Shown piece by piece: positions 12,384 through 25,084 of a stretch of DNA of 64,000 nucleotides; the first letter of the stretch is position 1; each line of letters starts with the position of its first letter. The DNA comes from Lama glama (lineage: Eukaryota): the NCBI GenBank assembly GCA_028534125.1, contig CM052817.1, positions 44,766,001-44,830,000 of the forward strand. Reading direction: 5' to 3'. The notes beneath the pieces were generated by a model. The model did no database searches, had not been told where the DNA came from, and saw only the letters and a program-made list of their open reading frames with translations. The position numbers were made by a program, and so were the translations under genes.

Positions 12384-13447
12384 CTATCAGGCTTATTATT
12401 GATGCTCAGAGCTAAAGGAGAGATTTCATCCTAGTTCTGTAATGGAGTCTTTTGACCCCATGTCTACTTCACACTCTAGACTTCCCCTCACATCGCCTGA
12501 TGTAACTTTGAAAGCAGTCTGGATCTGAGCTTGGTCAGTATATCTGAATGCCAGTAAGTATAAGCTATTGTTAGTTCTATCATTCTTGGAAAAAAAGAAA
12601 TCCAGTATCCTATTTCCACGAACTTCTACCATCTTGGCTGCACGGCCTCCTAAAAGCTTCATGGGACATGTGAGGACACTGGACAAATGCATAACTTATC
12701 AGCCATGACTCTGGCCCTGTGCCTAGCTGGCTTCCTACTGCAACAACAGGGCTGGTCTGGGTACAGAGCTCCAGGCTGCAGGCCCTCCTATGATCTGCTC
12801 TGCCAGCCTCCCAACCAACTCTTGTTACCTGTGGTCTCGGGGAGGTGGGAGGAGGGCCCTCCATGTGGGAGGCAGCTGGGGTCAGCTGTACAAACCAAGG
12901 GAGGGGAGACTAGAAAGAGGAAAAGACAAAGTGGGAAAAATACAGAAGACCCTGGAGGTCCTCCTGGGGTGAACTTTTGCCCTAGTCTGCGTCCTCCTAT
13001 ACCCCACATATGGCACAATGATAGTACTGTGACCCCCAAGTCCACTTTGTCCTGAGCCCAGCACAGCTCCTTGTCCTTAGATGTCGAAATGATGGTGACG
13101 TCATACTTCCTGGAGGATTCAGTGTTTTAGGAGCAGGCACACACCCTGCACATAGATCCCTTTCACTTTGGTCCCATTAAGGCCAAACCTTACTGGGTGA
13201 TGGGTGAGGGAGGTGAGTCAGCAGGGAGAAAATAAACAGCAGAATGAAAAGAGCAGAATGATAAATCCCATCCCTGGGCCCCTGTCTGGGGAAAGCAAGT
13301 CCTTCCTCCCAGGGCTGAGTCCTGGCATGCTCCTGTAAGAGAAGGATTTTGATTTTGTCATGGTGCTGACCCCTTCCCATGCTGACCCCTTCCCATCAAC
13401 AGTTGTGAGCCCCTCAGAAGGCCTTTCCAAACTGACCCTTTACTCAC

Positions 13448-13525
13448 AGTCGGCATCCTGTAGCCCCTGCTCAGAATGAAATCCTTAAAGGCACCTGTTC
13501 CATGAAGGTCTGCGAGTAACTCCTC
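13448..13525 (-). CDS. FAM47E: FAM47E coding exon 7 (EELLADLHGTGAFKDFILSRGYRMPT)
   Basis: Acceptor CCCTTTTTCAG, donor ACT|GTGAGT; 78 nt; AFKDFILSRGYRMP motif. Confidence 0.94.
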
Positions 13526-13831
13526 CTGAAAAAGGGTCCACACTTTAAAAAACCAGTCAACTGTCAGAAGCTTGATTTCATACTTGTCCTAATTAAAAGC
13601 ACTTAGCTCTTTATCAAGTACCTCATTTTAAAGCACTTCCCTCTCATTTGGGAATATGTGTGTAAGTAACATTCGAAAGTGATGACTATAAAGGCTTTCA
13701 AAAGATATCCAACATTCTCTCTTTTCCTGTCCTTTTTCTTACCTTTGTATTAAGGATAAGAAACACAATTTATCAATTAGACAATTATTGACTGAGGATG
13801 TCTGGAATCTAATATATTTGAGATTAACAAT

Positions 13832-14592
13832 TGTGACACTGTGATTTATAATAAGAAACACATATTTAGTCTTTTCTCATTCCTGGCACAGAGCTCCTAA
13901 AACCCTTGGAATTTCCTAAGTGATAAGAGCCATGAAGGTGAGAGTCTTTCCATATTCATAACAAGCCCCTTTCAGCCACACCGGAGTTTACTACAATGAG
14001 GTGATTTTTGGAAAGCCCCTAGATAGCCACAAGATGGGGGCTGGTTATCAGGGAAGCAACCATGTGGGTAGAGGGTTGGCACTTTCAGCTCTACCCCCAA
14101 CCTCCAGGGAGGAGCTGGAGGTTGAATTAATCACCAACACCCAGTGATTTAATCCATCATGCCTATACAATGGAGCCTCCATACAAACCCAAAGGAGGGG
14201 GTTTGGAGGGCTTCCAGGTTGCTGAACATGCAGAAGTTCTGGGAGGGTGGTGTACTTGGAGAGGGCAAGGAAGCTCTGTGCCCCTTCCCACATACCTTGC
14301 CCTATGCATCTCTTCCATCTGGCTGTTCCTGATCGTACCCTTGTATAATAAGCCAGTAATCTAGTAAGTAAACTCTTCTCCTAAGTTCTGTGAGCTGTTC
14401 TAGCAGATGATCAAACCCAAGGAGGGGGTTGTGGGAGCCTGTGATTTATAGCCAGTCAGCTAGAAGCTCAGGTGACAAGCTGGACTTGTCACTGGCCTCT
14501 ACAGTGGGGACAGTCCTGTGGGACTGAGCCCTTAACTTGTGGAAACTGGTGCTATCTCCAGGCAGGCAGTGTCAGAATTGAGTTAAATTGTA
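13832..14592 (+). mobile_element. Solo LTR, MER21-like
   Basis: TGTGA start, TTCCTGGCACAGAGCTCCTAAAACCCTTGGAATTTCC motif, GTGTCAGAATTGAGTT end, recognised from recalled consensus. Confidence 0.7.
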
Positions 14593-14681
14593 GAATTGAG
14601 AGCAGTAGAGGAAGGATCAGGAGTGTTTTCCTACTCAAGTATATTCTCAAATTCTAGATCTCTAGATCATATATATATATA

Positions 14682-14718
<37 letters not shown>

Positions 14719-15424
14719 AATTATATATATATACATTGTATGTATATAAAATTTTAGATCTTAACTCCAAAGGGCATGATGATCAAAAAAGACTCGGTAT
14801 TTTTAGGGTATTCATGCATTCATTTGGTTTTTTACTTTCACTTATTTGAATTTAAAATTTAGATGTATAAGTTTACATGTATCACTGTAATTCAGTTCTT
14901 TAAGACCATTTCACCTTCCAAATGAACTCAGTCAAGAACAGTCAAAACTTATGTGTCCCCAGCAAAACAGCCATGTCATCTTAGTAACTGCCTCTTACCA
15001 GCCCCTTACCAGCCCCTTACCAGCACGCCACTGTGACTGTGCCTTGTGAATTGGGGTGCACAGCCAAGGGGCACCACCTGAAGTACACAAGACAATCAAT
15101 CTCAGGTATTACAAAAGTGTGATCATTAGAGAACAATTCCATTGTTTTAAATCCTAGCTGAGTCTAAACTGCCTGATAAATAATCTTTTACTGTAATAGT
15201 TTTATCAACCATAGTTCCAAAATTTAAATATTACGTCTTATTGATGAACTGACTATAACCATTTTGGCAAACATCTTTACTAGCTTTCACCATCAAGAGA
15301 AATATTTTTGTAAAATTCTTTAAGTATTAAAGAATTAGTTTTAAAAATGTATTTCTATACATCTTTTAAAAAACAACATAAAATAATAAAAATAAAAATT
15401 TAAATTCTAAAAAGAGAACTTCTG

Positions 15425-15525
15425 AGGAAGAGGAAGAGCTCATGCTTAGCATACATGAGGTCCTGTGTTAAATCCCCAGTACCTCCATTAAAATAAAAAA
15501 ATTTTAAAATAAATACATGAATAAA
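15425..15525 (+). mobile_element. Degenerate Vic-1-type SINE (A-box region lost)
   Basis: CATGCTTAGCATACATGAGGTCCTG...CCCCAGTACCTCCATT core; flanking AACTTCTG repeats. Confidence 0.7.
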
Positions 15526-16672
15526 ACTTCTGGACACCTTAAAACAAAAGTTTTGCTAATATTTTTGTTTTTAAGTATTTAATTCATTGAGAATGATTAT
15601 TTTTTAAAAGTGCAACTAGAATAGTTTTATGTTATTTATTAAACTCACATAGATAGGCAGCTACAAAAACCATACTCCAAGAAATTCTGCCTAATATGAC
15701 TTAGTTATTTTGAAGCTTATATATAAGCATTTTGGGCTCATAAATTTATGTCATGTCTCACATCGGAAAATAAGAATTTCATACCCAGTACTGGAAAAGA
15801 TAAAAATGACCATCCTTCCTGTGTCAGCTTTCCAAGCTAAAGGAGGCAGTTGGTGAATGATTTCTGACTGAATGAGGAGTCAGATTTTTATAGCATTTTT
15901 TGAAAATGCTATAACTTTTATAAAATGCAGAAAAACACTTTTTTGAAGTGTTTTCACAATTTTATCTGGGAGAAGTTTTGGATCTGCTTATCCAGAGAAC
16001 AGGTTCACAAATATTCTCAGCAGAGTCCTGTACAAGCATTGCGTCAACATTTCCTAATTTCCGGGACTACAGTGAGTATCTTCTTTCCATTAGATACTTG
16101 TAAACAAGAGATGGGCAGGCACAGAGCTTATCTGCAGTAAAATTAGAGCACATCCTTGTTTGTGTTTGTTGCTTTGTCATTTCAAACAGTGCTTACTTAA
16201 CCTTTGTCCCTTCCCTCTCAGACAGATCCTGCAACTCTGCTGAACTGCATAAAAGTAGTTTCTTGATTACAGTTTTGAATTCTTTAACATCCATTGCTGA
16301 TGAAAAACAAATAAACAAAAAACCCAAGTTTCACACTTAGTTACTCAAAAAGAAACCATGACGTTATATCCATTTCCTACTGAGGTGGTCCAGAACCCTT
16401 TAAACAACCAATTTATCCATGGAATCAAGAATGATAGTACAATGAGTAGTTGCCCCATCTTTAGAGATCCTGTGTCTACCATGAAGGCAGGAGATTTCAG
16501 GTCTTGCTTATTACACATTCCACATAAAATGACTTGGCTTTCTCATTACTGAATTCAGTATGCAAGCTACAAGACCTTCAGGAGCCGCGGAGACTCTGAC
16601 TTCAGTGTGAGGTGGCAGTTGCCCTGTGATCATCTTTGGCTCAGATGATCAAATCTCAGCATATGTACATAC

Positions 16673-16828
16673 CTGTTCCTGTAGCTTCTTTTTGAAATTC
16701 CCATCTTGAGCTTGACGTAAGACCTTGGGGTCAACCAAAGGCTCATCGGCTCTTAGCTTTTTCCACAACTTGGTGTTAAGATACCATGCTCCATACCTCA
16801 TCTTCACCCACTTCGGTTTATAAGGATT
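16673..16828 (-). CDS. FAM47E: FAM47E coding exon 6 (NPYKPKWVKMRYGAWYL...KLQEQ)
   Basis: Acceptor TTGCTACAG, donor CAG|GTATGT; 156 nt; conserved FAM47 motif KMRYGAWYL. Confidence 0.94.
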
Positions 16829-18114
16829 CTGTAGCAATAACATAATTCCCAATGTCATTAGTTTTTCTGTCATTTCAATAAATCTAAGATTTAGCTTATG
16901 AAAGTGGTATAATTTATTTTTAATTTATGGTTACTCCTTGCCAAAATATTTTATGAATTTTCAGTATGCTTGGATTTACGAAGGTAACATGAAAAGCTCG
17001 TGATTGAGAAAATAATGTGGTAGTGTAGCCTTTGGATGCAGACAAACCTGGGCTCAAATCCATCCTCCCCCACTTAGTAGCAATGAGTCCATGGACAAGT
17101 TACTTAAATTCTTCATTTGTAAAATGGAGATAATAATATCTACCCCATAGGCTTATTAAGGAGACTAAAGGAGAGAATTACGTAAAGCAGCTAGAAATCA
17201 TGTAAAGAAGCACATATTTCAGTGAAGGGTAATGAGCTTAAACAATACTCAGTCAACCAAAATGACAAGTTACTAGCCACACTATGAGCCCAGCTCTGTG
17301 CTCAGCCTTGTAGGTGGTACACTACTTTTGATCTGAATGCTATCTAACACCAGTCTCTTGCCTCTTTAATTGAAAGAAAGAGGGGGAAGAACAAGTGTCA
17401 TTCCTTTCTTTGTCCCATTTCTCAGGAGTACATCTGTTGGTGCGTAGCCCGGCGCCATGGACGCAATACCCACTCATCATGAAAGGAGGTCTAATGCTTG
17501 GGAAGGACAAAGAAACATGAAACACAGTGATCCTGCTCCTCTTTCTCATCACTCACGTTTAAACTATGAGGTGGAATGTGTGGGACCTTCTAGAGTCAAG
17601 CCAGATACACCTGCCTGAAGTAGAGAGAATGGGACAGAGCAGAGGTGAGGGAAATCCCTTCTCAGAGCTGGATTCAGCCTTATGATCCCTCCATTCCAAG
17701 CATACTGACCTCCTTGCTGTTTCTAGAACACACCCCCCATTGCACTGCTTCCTCAGTGCCTTTGCACTCACCGGCCCCTCTGCCATAACGCTCTTCCTCA
17801 AGATGCCCACATGGCTCACTCTCTTATCTGTTTCATGTCATCTTTTGAGTAGTATCTTCCCTGACCACCCAGTGCAAAACCTGTAACCGCCTCACAACAC
17901 TGCTTGTCTTCTTTCTCTGCCTCGTTTTTCTTCTCAGCACCTATCATCATTTGATATGCTGTATATTTTTACGATTGTTTGCTCTCTTGCCTCTCACCCT
18001 CGAAAATGTAAGCTTCTGAGATTCTGCCCTGCTATGTCCCCCTGGCATCTAGAACAATACTTGGGACACAATAGGTGCTTAATAAAGATTTGCTGGATTA
18101 AAGTCAGGTTTCTT

Positions 18115-18482
18115 TTTTAATTTTTATTTATTTTTTATTGAAGTATAATTGATTTAAAATGTGTTAGTTTCTGGTGTACAGCATAGTGACTCAGCTATAG
18201 AAATTTGTATATTCTTTTCATTATAGGTTATTACAAGATATTGAATGTAGTTCCCTGTGCTATATATCTGGTAGGACTTTGTTGTTTATCTATTTTATAT
18301 ATAGTAGTTTGTATCTGCTAGTCCCAAACTCCTAATTTATCCCACCCCTTCCCCCTTTGGTAACCATAAGTTTGTTTTCTATGTCTGTGAGTCTGTTTCT
18401 GTTTTGTAAATAAGTTCATTTGTATCATTTTTAGATTTCCACATGTAAGTGATATCATATATTTGTCTTTCTCTGTCTGTAG
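18115..18482 (-). mobile_element. L1 3'-end fragment inserted at the edge of a MER20
   Basis: L1 3' UTR; 13-bp TSD AGTCAGGTTTCTT at 18102-18114 and 18483-18495. Confidence 0.85.
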
Positions 18483-18484
18483 AG

Positions 18485-18662
18485 TCAGGTTTCTTAACTT
18501 TGGCACTATTGACATTTGGAGCTGGATAATTCTTTGTTGAGGGTGTAGGGAGGGCTCTGTCCTATGCATTGTAGGATGTTTAGCAGCATTCCTCGTCTCT
18601 ATCCACTAGATGCCAGTAGCTCCCCCCAAATTGTGACAACCAAAAATGTCATCTCCAACATT
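18485..18662 (-). mobile_element. MER20 (hAT-Charlie)
   Basis: GGCACTATTGACATTTGG...GGATGTTTAGCAGCAT...CCACTAGATGCCAGTAGC; second fragment at about 4600-4710. Confidence 0.78.
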
Positions 18663-18664
18663 AG

Positions 18665-19340
18665 GAGATACTAAAAAAAGACCCAAGTCAGACTTCTTGA
18701 GATGAAAATTATAATGTGTGAGATGAAAAATACACTGGCTGGAATTAGCAGCTGCTTAAACACTGCAGGAAAAAAAATTAGAGAATTTAAAGACATAGCA
18801 ATAGAAACAGAGAAAAGAGAATCAAAAAACTGAACAGAGCAGCAATGAGCTGAGACAACTTCATACAGCCTAATCACATGTAATTAGAGTCCTGGGAGGG
18901 GTCTGAGAGACAAAAAAATTTTGAAGAAAACTTTTCCCTAATTTGTTGAAAACTATAAACCCACATATCAAAGAGGTTTAGCAAACCCCAAGCACAAGAA
19001 ACATGAAGAAATAGACACCGATGAGTGTAATAATCACACTACTCAAAATCAGTGACAAAGAGAAAATCTTAAAAGTATCCAAGAAAAAGCCAAAGATAAG
19101 AACAACGTACAATATCTTATCAAAAACAACACAATCAAGAAGACAGTGGAGCAACATCTTTAAACAAACAAAACACTTTGAACTTAGAATTCTGTACCCA
19201 CAAAAATACCTTTAAAAGTGAAGGCAGAATAAGAATATTTTCAGACATAGAAAACTGGGAGAATTCTTCACCAGCAGATCTACACTAGAAGTGTTAAAGG
19301 AAGTCCTTCAGGCGGAAGGAAAATGATACTATGTGGAAAC
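18665..19340 (+). mobile_element. Old L1 ORF1 remnant
   Basis: Decayed ORF1-like peptide (KISDKEKILK...RRQWSNIFK...RILYP). Confidence 0.7.
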
Positions 19341-20287
19341 CTATTTGAACTTTTGCATAGTGATCTTCTGTCTACCAGTCAAAAGTTCAATTTTGGCAAT
19401 AACCACCATGCTTTATAAAGCAGCATTTGTGCAATTGTTGGTAAATACAGGGAACTGAGCAATTTCATTTAGCCTAGATTCAGAGCCAGCAATGGTTCAG
19501 GCCCCATGTGCTTGAATCTCATGGGCATAATTTGCCTGTCCAGCACCATTTTGCATTTTACCCTTTAGAAAGATGAGAGGAAAATGGAAAATTTAAAGTG
19601 CTGATATTAGTAATGGAATGCATAGCTTTCATAAACCTTCTGCAACAGAGTCAAAGAAGGAAAACATCATAAGTGTAAGAAAGGTCAGTTGATTATGTTC
19701 AATCATAAAGGACAAAGTTAATATGTCAAAAATATTGGAAATACAGTATCAAAGATGATGTGTAAAAGAGAGGGTAATTATTATCTTGAGTTGCAGAGAA
19801 ATAAATTCTATAACCTCCCTGCCCCCCAACCTCCCGCTTAGGCACTGAAGTCTGTTGTTAGACTGGCATGATTTGACTTTGTACATATATTTGCAGTAAC
19901 ACATTGTGTAGAAAAGTATTTAGAGGCCCATAGTACTTCCCTTTGGAACACAGCATGTCTTTTCTCTTCTGTTTCCCTATTCTGTCTTCACAGGAAATTG
20001 GTACTGGGAGACTGAGCAATTAGTTAACTATCAGGCAAGCATGTGGTCAAAAATGATGGTTTATGGCCAAAAAGACTTCTGTAAAAATTCAAGAATTCTT
20101 TGGACATAAAATAAACAGTGTTCATAACCATTAACTGCAGCATTTTACTCTTGCAATAATAAACTTTCATGCGTATTTCCACTGACCATTAAAATTTCAA
20201 CCTAAAAACATAGATGTGTTTCAATATATAAAACACTTAAAGACATTGTCTCAATACATAAAACACATAAAGAGAGAAATGATGACT

Positions 20288-20422
20288 ATTCTTTTTTTTC
20301 CCTCACAAGCAAGTTGTTGATATGAATGCAGTTTTTTTTTTAATGGAGGTACTGGGGACTGAACCCCAGGACCCTGTGCATACTAAGTATGTGCTCTACC
20401 ACTGAGGTATACCCCACCCCCC
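20288..20422 (-). mobile_element. Vic-1-type SINE with extra 3' tail
   Basis: SINE core; 11-bp TSD AAATGATGACT at 20277-20287 and 20423-20433. Confidence 0.82.
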
Positions 20423-20690
20423 AAATGATGACTCTTTAGATATTAACAATAATGCTGAGTACCATATGCCTCATTTGTATAACTGATTTTGTTAGATGCA
20501 TTAAATATTAATTCATGTAACAAATGTTTATTTATTTATTTTCTTATGAATATCTATTAAACATCAAAAAATTCAAGAATTTTACTGAAAAAGGCCAGTG
20601 CCTTCTGAAGTACCAGAATTCAAGAAAATTTCAAACTTTAATACAATTTGATTTTCTTTGATTCTCAGTCTTCTCCCCTTTTCCAATTAC

Positions 20691-20891
20691 CTGTGGTTTC
20701 TGAAGTCTCTGCTCATAGTCTAGTTTCTGGAAAAACTGTGGCTTCTGCAGTTTATTTAGCCCAATCCCTTTCTTTAGCTCCACAGGAACCTGGTTCGGTC
20801 TCATGGTGTGGAGCACATTATAGCTTGGTTTGCTCTGATAGTCAATGTCGAACTGTTTCAGGATGAACTCTTCATCAATGTTTGGGCTTCC
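20691..20891 (-). CDS. FAM47E: FAM47E coding exon 5 (GSPNIDEEFILKQFDIDY...RLQKPQ)
   Basis: Acceptor TTCTTCCAG, donor CAG|GTAATT; 201 nt, phase 0. Confidence 0.93.
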
Positions 20892-22754
20892 CTGGAAGAA
20901 TATCAAGGGCATGAGTCAAGGATAAGTGGCAAAATGCTCCTTGTTGCCTTCTTTAATCTAAGAGAAGTATTTGACCATGGCTGGAGGAGAGGTAGTTTAG
21001 AGGAGAGGTGGAAAATGCTCAGTCACCATTCATTGGAGGCAAGAAGTATTTGGAGTCTGGAGAGCTTTGTCGGTGCATTAAGAGACAGCACAGGGCCTGC
21101 AAGAAGCTGTGAGTCCTGAGGGAAATAATGGTGCTGAGGAAAATTTAGTCTGTTCTATCAAAAGCAAACTTCTCCAACACTGTATAGCAGTGACATCTCT
21201 AGAGGTATTTTCCAGAAATGTCTAGAAATGTTAGTGTTTGTTCTGCCTACAGCCCCTTATAAGGGAAGATGCCACTAAGGAGAGTTACTCATTTTTCCCT
21301 GGGTTTCTCCCATGTATACTTGTTAATAAACTTCTGCTTGTTTTCTTCTTGTTATTCTGTCTTCTGTTATAGGGACCACAGAGAGAATTTAAAAGAGTAG
21401 AAGGGAAATTATGTTTTCCTCCTCTACAAACTAAACACAATCTTGCTTTGGAATATATAAGTCAGGGAACACAGAGAATTAGGCCATTAACAACTGAAGC
21501 TGATGTTGGGGTGAAGCTTATAGAGCAGGGTCATGAAATAGAGTCAAGAGTATAAACTAGGCTGATACAATAATGGAGCAGAAGTAGAGCAAGCAGAATC
21601 AATGAGGAAGAAAATTAACAGCATGGAATGACAGTATAAGCTAGTACTATAGAGAAAATACTGCAGGGTGATGTGATAGGGGCCGAGTTAGAATGACAGA
21701 TGAAGATGGGACCTTGGTCATAAGAGACTGAAAACAAAGCTGGTCGCCAGAGCAGCTAAACTATTATCCTAGGGTTCCTTAAATTTCCTGCCTCAAAAGA
21801 GGAACAGTCTCTAGCAGTAGGAATGAGAGAAGTAGGAAGACTGGGAATCAGGCAGTCCAGTCCAGCCAGATTGTAGACGGGCAGTGGTAGGACGAGCATC
21901 ATCTACCTTGTCCAGCATCCCTTCTCCATCATCCTCTGGGGAGCCTCCCTCCCCTACTCTCAGTCAATCTGTTGCAGATGGGCTTGACACGCCCACCTCT
22001 TGGCCTCAGGTTAGACATGTGACCTGGACTAGCCAATGAGCATATTCCATCTCCTTACTCATAGTGGATAATTCAGGCACAGGTGTGACCAAGGTTAGTC
22101 TGGTGAGAGTAGGACCTGGACTTCTCCCTGTGGGAAAAAGGATTGCTCTTTTCCCACCTCAGGTTGCTGCCTGGTGGAATATAAGCTTGGAAAATTTTGG
22201 GGATACTTTTTGAATCTCTTAGGGAAAGACTACAGGAAAGTGTAGTCAGATAGAGGAGAGCAGCCAAGTGATAGGGTGAGCACCTAAAAACATTTTAGCA
22301 CTCCGATCCAACTATACCTGGAGCTCCTAATACCTCTGGATAGTTCTCTTTTCTCCCTTCATTCAGTCTGAATTATATTTGAGTCACTGGTCAATGAAGT
22401 AGTCCTAAATAATACGTTGACTAAAACTGACTAATGCATTCAAAAAGTGAGGGAGGGGCATTGAAAATTCTAGAAGATCTTAAATCCAGGAAAAAGCATC
22501 AGGAATCTAGACTTCTACAAGAACTCAGGAACAGGAATAGGTAACTTAAAAAGTTCTTGGAAAGAGGGCAAGAAAAGAACTTGATAACTGAGCCATAAGT
22601 CTCTTCATGTCAGATACTTTTTGTAAAGGCTGTAGTCAAGCACAGATGCCCAAGTCCTTATCGATAAATATAAGAGAAAAATGAGTTAAAGAAGGAGTGA
22701 AGGACAGAGAGAAACAAAGGTCCAGACACTGAAATGAAAAATTAAACTATGAAA

Positions 22755-22916
22755 CAGTGGGGTGGGAGAAATGGAGAGATGGCACCTGAAGGGTACATAT
22801 TCCCACTTATAAGATGAATAAGTTCTGGGAATCTAATGTCCAGTATAATGACTATAGTTAATAATACTGTATTATATACTTGAAAGATGCTAAGAGAGTA
22901 AATCTTCAGTGTTCCC

Positions 22917-22956
<40 letters not shown>

Positions 22957-23100
22957 GGTAATTATGTGAGGTGATGGATTTGTTAACTAACCTTTTTGTG
23001 GTAATCATTTTGCAATATGTACATGTATCAAATCATCACACTATATACCTTAAACTTACACAATGTTACTTGTCAATTAGATCTCAATAAAGCTAGGGGA
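22755..23100 (+). mobile_element. L1MA-type 3' end with internal (CA)n
   Basis: Typical L1MA 3' UTR ending CTCAATAAAGCT. Confidence 0.75.
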
Positions 23101-23356
23101 GGAAAAGAGAGACACTTAAAAAATACATGAAACAACAGCAATGTGACATATGAGCAATAAACATTCAAACACTGGCTGCAAGCTTCGAACTTTGCAGAAA
23201 TTTCATCTACAAAAAAAATTCTATTTTAAATGATGGGAAAGTCAAAATATTCCTTTATGACTTTTTGACTTAGCTTATATTCAAACACTGTTTTTAACAA
23301 AAGCAATTTTAATCTTGACTTTAAAAAGTAGATTGTAAGTATTACTACTAACTTAC

Positions 23357-23507
23357 AAAAGTAGTAGCCCAGTTGCAGAAATCACTAACTCCTTCGCGCA
23401 CATTTTCGTGGAGAAGTGGACCGTGTTTGTGGAGCAAATCTGTTTCACTTGGCTTCTTTTCTTCATAAAGCCATTGGCCTGAATGTGACATAGGAGCCTT
23501 CTTGGGA
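23357..23507 (-). CDS. FAM47E: FAM47E coding exon 4 (PKKAPMSHSGQWLYEEK...VSDFCNWATTF)
   Basis: Translated by hand (this frame is not in the ORF track); acceptor TTATTTTTAG, donor TTT|GTAAGT; 151 nt, phase 2 to 0; GQWLYEEK and VSDFCxW motifs. Confidence 0.9.
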
Positions 23508-23694
23508 CTAAAAATAATGAGATCATCAAAGAATTACAATATAAGACACTATGAATCCAAGTGGATTGTAAATAGCGTCTTGGAGAAAGGAGATCATAAT
23601 GCAAGTATTTCTAACAGTCTCTTGCAAGCTCATCCAAGTTATTTAATTTTTCAAAGATCATATTCTCATTATCAATATCATAAGGACAAGTATA

Positions 23695-23781
23695 GGGAGA
23701 AGGTATAGCTCAGTGGTAAAGCACATGCTTAGCATCCACAAGGTCCTGGGTTCAATCCCTGGTACCTCCATTAAAAAAAAA
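23695..23781 (+). mobile_element. Vic-1-type SINE
   Basis: GGTATAGCTCAGTGG...GGTTCAATCCC...CCATT + poly(A); imperfect TSD GACAA(G/T)TATA. Confidence 0.85.
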
Positions 23782-24204
23782 AAGACAATTATATCAAAAT
23801 TATTTAGAACAATTAAAACCTATACAGCTCTTTATCATGGTAAGTTGATTTTTTTTAAAACTTATGAGTACCATTTACTAATATGCCAGGTAAAAACCCA
23901 AATTACAGCTCTTGGAATCTGCTGAAACCTTAGACAATCTTGACAAATAGACATGCTTGACTTCTTTCTCCCTCAGCCCTAGAATCCATCCCATGAATAA
24001 ATCTGGTAGATTTTTAACTCTCCTCTGAACTGTTGCAAAAGGCTCCTTGCTGGTGTCTCTGCATCTTCTCTTAAGGCCCTGACAGCCCATCCCTAATCCA
24101 TTCTCTACACTGTGACCCAAAATGTTATTTCAAAATGTAAATCTGGTCTTCTCAAATGCCACTACGCTTCATCCTGGATTAAGCCTCTTCAATAGCTTCT
24201 CTTC

Positions 24205-24700
24205 AAAAATTGAGGTAAAATTCACATACCATAATATTTACCATTTCAGAGTATACAATGCAGTGGCTTTCATACATTTACAGAGTTGTGCAACCATCAC
24301 CACTGCCTAATTCTGGAACATCTTCATCACCAACAAAAAAGCCCCATTACCAGTAACAGTCACTTATCATCCCCCACATTCTCTCTTCTCCTGAAAACCA
24401 CTAACCTACTTTCTGTTTCTAAGGATTTGCCTATTCTGGACATTTTGTCTGAATGGAACCATATAATATATGATCTTCTGTATTTGGCTTCTTTCACTTA
24501 GCATAACAGTTTCAAGTTTCACACATACTGTAGCATGTGTCAGTAGTGTATTCCTTTTTATGGCTGAATAATATTCCATTGTGTGGCTAGACTGCATTTT
24601 GTTTATCTATCATCAGTTGATGGACATTGGAGTGTTGCCACTTTTCGGCTATTGTAAATAATGCTGCTATGGACATTCAGATGTAAATTCTTGTGTTCAA
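24205..24700 (-). mobile_element. L1MB-type 3' end
   Basis: L1 3' sequence (MEYYSAIKRN peptide). Confidence 0.75.
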
Positions 24701-25084
24701 TAGCTTCTTGTTACTCCTCTAGGTAACTAACTCCAAGTAACTCCTCCAAGATCTAAGTCTTAGTTTTCAAGGCTCTTCATCACCTGTTCCTTGCCTGTCT
24801 TTCCAGATGCTTCTGGAACTTCCACTCTTCCTTACTCTCTGAGTTCCAGCTGTAGTGGCCCTCTCTCAGTTCCATGAATTTATCACGCTCCCATCCAGCC
24901 ACAGGGCCTCTGCCCATGTACATGTTCCATCTGACTGCAGCGCCTTCTCCAATCCCTCATCGCCCTTATGTTGCCCACATACCTCCCTTCCTCAGGGAGG
25001 CATTCACACAGCCTGTCCCCAGAGCACACACATTACACAGAGCACGCAGTGCCTTTTATTCATAACACCCATATATTAACTCAT

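Noticed and set aside
12426..12692. Minus-strand ORF as a candidate FAM47E last exon
   Set aside because: No similarity to the FAM47E C-terminus; the homologous exon is at 9070.
14994..15024. 11-bp tandem repeat (CTTACCAGCCC, about 3 copies) and a 30-bp imperfect duplication at 20221-20273
   Set aside because: Ordinary local slippage duplications with no spacer structure; not CRISPR-like.
23695..23781. tRNA-like sequence with A and B boxes
   Set aside because: Has a poly(A) tail, TSD and several diverged copies in the window, so it is a SINE rather than a tRNA gene.
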